NCBI RefSeq assembly: GCF_041956535.1
Contig: NW_027192212.1
Coordinates: 140,970 to 204,969, forward strand
Length of the DNA: 64,000 nt
Origin: Calcarisporiella thermophila CBS 279.70
Taxonomy: Eukaryota; Fungi; Calcarisporiellomycota
Reading direction: 5' to 3'
Made by a program: the position numbers and the translations under genes. Shown here in pieces: positions 60,664-64,000 of this stretch. The notes beneath the pieces were generated by a model. The model had not been told where the DNA came from, ran no database searches, and saw only the letters and a program-made list of their open reading frames with translations. Position 1 is the first letter of the stretch, and the number at the start of each line of letters is the position of its first letter.

Positions 60664-61782
60664 CTAGGGGGCGGCGGCGAGCCACGGGTGGCTCAGGATC
60701 TCGGTGAGGCACAGCCGGCGCTCCGGGTCTTTCTCCAGCATCCCGGCCACCAGGTCGCGGCACGCGGCGCCGATCCCCACCGGCAGTGGCTTGTGGGGGC
60801 GGCGCACCGCCTGCCACGGGTCGTCGAAGGGCATGTCGCCCGCCAGGATGGTGTAGAGCAGCACGCCGAGCGACCACACCTCGGCGGGCTGGGGCCGGTA
60901 CCGCCGGCCCAGCAGCACCTCGGGCGCGGCGTACTGTAGCGTGCCGTAGAAGCGGTCCTGCAGCGGCGGCGCGCGCATCGACGGGTAGACCAGGGCGGAG
61001 CCGAAGTCGATGAGCTTGACGCGGAACTCGCGGTCGACCACGACGTTCTCGTCCTTGAGGTCGCGGTGGTACACCCCGACGCCCTCCAGGTACCGCACCG
61101 CCTCGCACACCTGGCGGAACACCCGCCGCGCCTGCGCCTCCGCCAGCGGCTTGCGCTCCACGCACTCGAACAGGTCGCGCGACGGGCTGGCGCTCGACCA
61201 CTGCGCCCCGTGCAGCTCCATCACCAGAAACACGTGCTGCTCGTCCTCGAACACATCCATGAACCCCACGATCGCGGGGTGCCGCACCCGCTTCAGCACA
61301 AACACCTCGACGGGCACCCGCCCCAGCTCCGGGTCGTCGTACCAGCACCCGCGCGGCACCCTCTCGCGCACGATCGACTTGATGGCCACGGGCTGGCTGT
61401 CGTGCCGCCGCCGCCCGGCGTGCACGTGCCCAAAGCCGCCGCTGCCCAGCGGGCCCTCCACGGAGTACGTCTCCACCAGCTTGGGCGGGAAGCGCGCGGG
61501 CGCGGGCGGCGGGTCCGTGGGGATGGGCGGGTGGTGCTGCACTAGCGGCGGGGGCAGCGAGGGGGCCAGGGAAGCGGCGGGGGTGCTGGGGGGGAGCAGC
61601 GGCACCGGCTCGAACGGCGGCGGGTGCTTATGCTGCTTCTTGAACGGGAGGTGGAGCACGCGCTTGCGGTGTGCGGCGGCTGCGGCGGCGGTGGTGGCGG
61701 ATATGGGGGGATGGAGGCATGAATCGTGGTGGTTATATACGGCTACCATGGTGGTATTGCTACTGCAGCGGGTAAATGGCAA
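60664..61782 (-). CDS. Ser/Thr protein kinase, CAMK group, PIM/PASK-like catalytic domain, intronless
   Basis: Motifs LGSGGFG, VAIK, VPVEV, DLFECV, HRDLKDENVV, LIDFGSA, FYGTLQYAAPE and EVWSLGVLLY. Confidence 0.92.
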   Translation of the reverse strand: MPFTRCSSNTTMVAVYNHHDSCLHPPISATTAAAAAAHRKRVLHLPFKKQHKHPPPFEPVPLLPPSTPAASLAPSLPPPLVQHHPPIPTDPPPAPARFPPKLVETYSVEGPLGSGGFGHVHAGRRRHDSQPVAIKSIVRERVPRGCWYDDPELGRVPVEVFVLKRVRHPAIVGFMDVFEDEQHVFLVMELHGAQWSSASPSRDLFECVERKPLAEAQARRVFRQVCEAVRYLEGVGVYHRDLKDENVVVDREFRVKLIDFGSALVYPSMRAPPLQDRFYGTLQYAAPEVLLGRRYRPQPAEVWSLGVLLYTILAGDMPFDDPWQAVRRPHKPLPVGIGAACRDLVAGMLEKDPERRLCLTEILSHPWLAAAP

Positions 61783-62991
61783 TGTAAATGGCGATGTAAA
61801 TGGTGAGAAAATGGCAGATATAGCGGGTGGGTGGAGCGATACGAAGAAGGGGGGATGGGGGTGGGTGGAGGAGGGGGAGAAAGCGGTGCGTGTTGGAGGA
61901 GAGAAATGCGCGGCGGAATTATCAGTTGAAAGTGGAAATGAGAAAAATAAAAGTCCAAACTAATAACCAACGCGTCCTTTGTGTGTAATAAAATTTCAAT
62001 CGAGTCACACTGGACCTATCACATGGCACATCAGATCAAAAGGACATACAATGATCGCGCAACACGTTCGCAAGACGTCTTAAAGTTATCATGGACGCCT
62101 TCCCCTCTCCCCCCTTCCCCCAACCGGGCGGGCCCCCCCGTCCCCAAAAGCCCTCATCTTCGCGCTTCCCCCCGCCTCCTCTATCAGCCCCGACTCCGTG
62201 ATTCAACCCAAGCCCGTGGTTATCTCTCCTCTCGCGCGTCACATTCGACCTGAACCGCCTCAAAAGCCAACTTTCATTCCCACCCAGCTCATATCTTGCA
62301 ATTTTCCATGCTTTCGGCTGAGGCCCGTTCCCTTCCTTAGTCTCACTCAGCTCCCGCTCCGATCCGTAACCCAAACAAACAGCCAACAAACAAACAAACC
62401 AACAAACGCCAACCCGGAAAAACTCCCCATCCTCCAAAATCAGCATTTGCATCTTAACCCCGCCTTACGTCACCCTGCTCTAGGCCCAACTTGGGCCTCA
62501 GGATCTTTCCCCCATCCTCATGACATATTTTTCCATCTCTCACACGACAAGCCGCATCACGCGGCCCAATTGGGTCAAGGTTGGTCATCCGTTCCATCCA
62601 GAAAAGATCCGCATGCGCCACCCGAGAGATCTCGAGGGGGGAATATCGGTGATTATTCATTCGCATTTTTTATAATCAATAATACACAGAGTGAAAAAGA
62701 GAGTGAGAACGAGACGAAAAAGTACTCAAATAATCGTTACAAAAAAAAATCCCATATAACACAGCAAAAATGTGCATAGTAGTATAGAACACCCTCAATA
62801 AAGAGCAACCCTTCCCCATCCCCTATGTCCCACCCCACTCCCCACACGCACACACACACACAAAATAAAACTCACAAGACACACAAAACTAGAAGTATAG
62901 AAATTAAGTGGAGAAAGGAAAAAAAAAAAGGCAGAGAGCGAAAGTTACAACACTTCACAGCAGAAAATACAAAGGTGGGAGAGTGTCAAAC

Positions 62992-63000
<9 letters not shown>

Positions 63001-63031
<31 letters not shown>

Positions 63032-63588
63032 GAGAGAGAGAACAAAGAAACAAAAAGAAGAACAAAGGTAAGGTNNNNNNNNNNNNNNNNNNNNNNNNNN
63101 NNNNNNNNNNNNNNNNNNNNNNNNNNNNNNNNNNNNNNNNNNNNNNNNNNNNNNNNNNNNNNNNNNNNNNNNNNNNNNNNNNNNNNNNNNNNNNNNNNNN
63201 NNNNNNNNNNNNNNNNNNNNNNNNNNNNNNNNNNNNNNNNNNNNNNNNNNNNNNNNNNNNNNNNNNNNNNNNNNNNNNNNNNNNNNNNNNNNNNNNNNNN
63301 NNNNNNNNNNNNNNNNNNNNNNNNNNNNNNNNNNNNNNNNNNNNNNNNNNNNNNNNNNNNNNNNNNNNNNNNNNNNNNNNNNNNNNNNNNNNNNNNNNNN
63401 NNNNNNNNNNNNNNNNNNNNNNNNNNNNNNNNNNNNNNNNNNNNNNNNNNNNNNNNNNNNNNNNNNNNNNNNNNNNNNNNNNNNNNNNNNNNNNNNNNNN
63501 NNNNNNNNNNNNNNNNNNNNNNNNNNNNNNNNNNNNNNNNNNNNNNNNNNNNNNNNNNNNNNNAGAGAGAGAGAGTGAGAGAGAGAGA
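63001..63588. other. (GA)n microsatellite flanking an assembly gap (N at 63075-63563)
   Basis: (AG)n runs on both sides of 489 Ns. Confidence 0.95.
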
Positions 63589-63852
63589 CAAAGAACAAAA
63601 AGAAGACAAAGTGGTAACATTGCATAGACATAGTATAGGAGCACAAGTCAACTCAAAAAGAATTATATATATATATAAAGGGGGAGGGGGGGAAACAAAT
63701 AGAATCCATATTTTTTCGGTATCCTTTTTTTTTCCTTTTTTTTCCTCTTTTCTGAATACACGTATATAGGTAGTAAAAAAAATGCTAGCATGAATAGGAG
63801 TATTATATAGGATGAGCGAGGAATGCACCATTCGTACACAATAAATAGGGTT

Positions 63853-64000
63853 TTAGAGGTAAGGATAGCCCTCCACCATCCCGTACTGCGCCATTTGCAT
63901 CGCCATCATCGTCGCAAGCGCGGGGTTGTAGCCGGCGGCGCCGTTGCCCACCAGCCCTCCCCCCACGCCACCCAGACCTGCGCCCAAGCCGCCCATGCCC
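63853..64000 (-). CDS. 3' end of a gene running off the window (Gly/Met-rich C-terminus)
   Basis: Open frame GMGGLGAGLGGVGGGLVGNGAAGYNPALATMMAMQMAQYGMVEGYPYL* with GC-rich codons, followed by an AT-rich UTR. Confidence 0.55.
   Translation of the reverse strand, partial: GMGGLGAGLGGVGGGLVGNGAAGYNPALATMMAMQMAQYGMVEGYPYL

Noticed and set aside
40753-61963. Many overlapping shadow ORFs (e.g. 43812-44837, 60581-61348, 61010-61963)
   Set aside because: Expected in high-GC coding DNA; they carry no domain motifs and overlap well-supported genes.
62908-63831. ORFs spanning the N gap
   Set aside because: Artefacts of translating Ns and (GA)n.

Overview
Eukaryotic, intron-rich fungal genomic DNA. 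The gene content (Bem1, Ppr5, an ACS-family MFS transporter, an LaeA-like methyltransferase, plus animal-type ZMIZ1 and MYSM1 homologues) suggests an early-diverging, non-Dikarya fungus; this is an inference. About 20 protein-coding genes can be read: a plant-type UGT, a Kre9-like membrane protein, DPH6, RPL27, RRP17, CDK8/SSN3, a secreted G/Q/N-repeat protein, an MFS transporter, a PPR protein, a RapGAP, LONRF, MYSM1-like, ZMIZ-like, Bem1/Scd2, a Kelch-TM protein, an orphan coiled-coil/zinc-knuckle protein, an HSF-domain protein, ABD1, a SAM methyltransferase and a PIM/PASK-like kinase. There are also two tRNA-Arg(TCT) genes, several decayed coding relics and one assembly gap. GC content rises strongly from left to right. 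The most striking unexplained structure lies just upstream of the second tRNA gene. Three stacked minus-strand segments, each ending in AATAAA plus an A-run, are separated by four copies of a 13-16 bp motif. One segment encodes an L1-clade zinc-finger C-terminus. This fits repeated tRNA-targeted non-LTR retrotransposition at one site. Exon boundaries were inferred by eye and no database searches were run.
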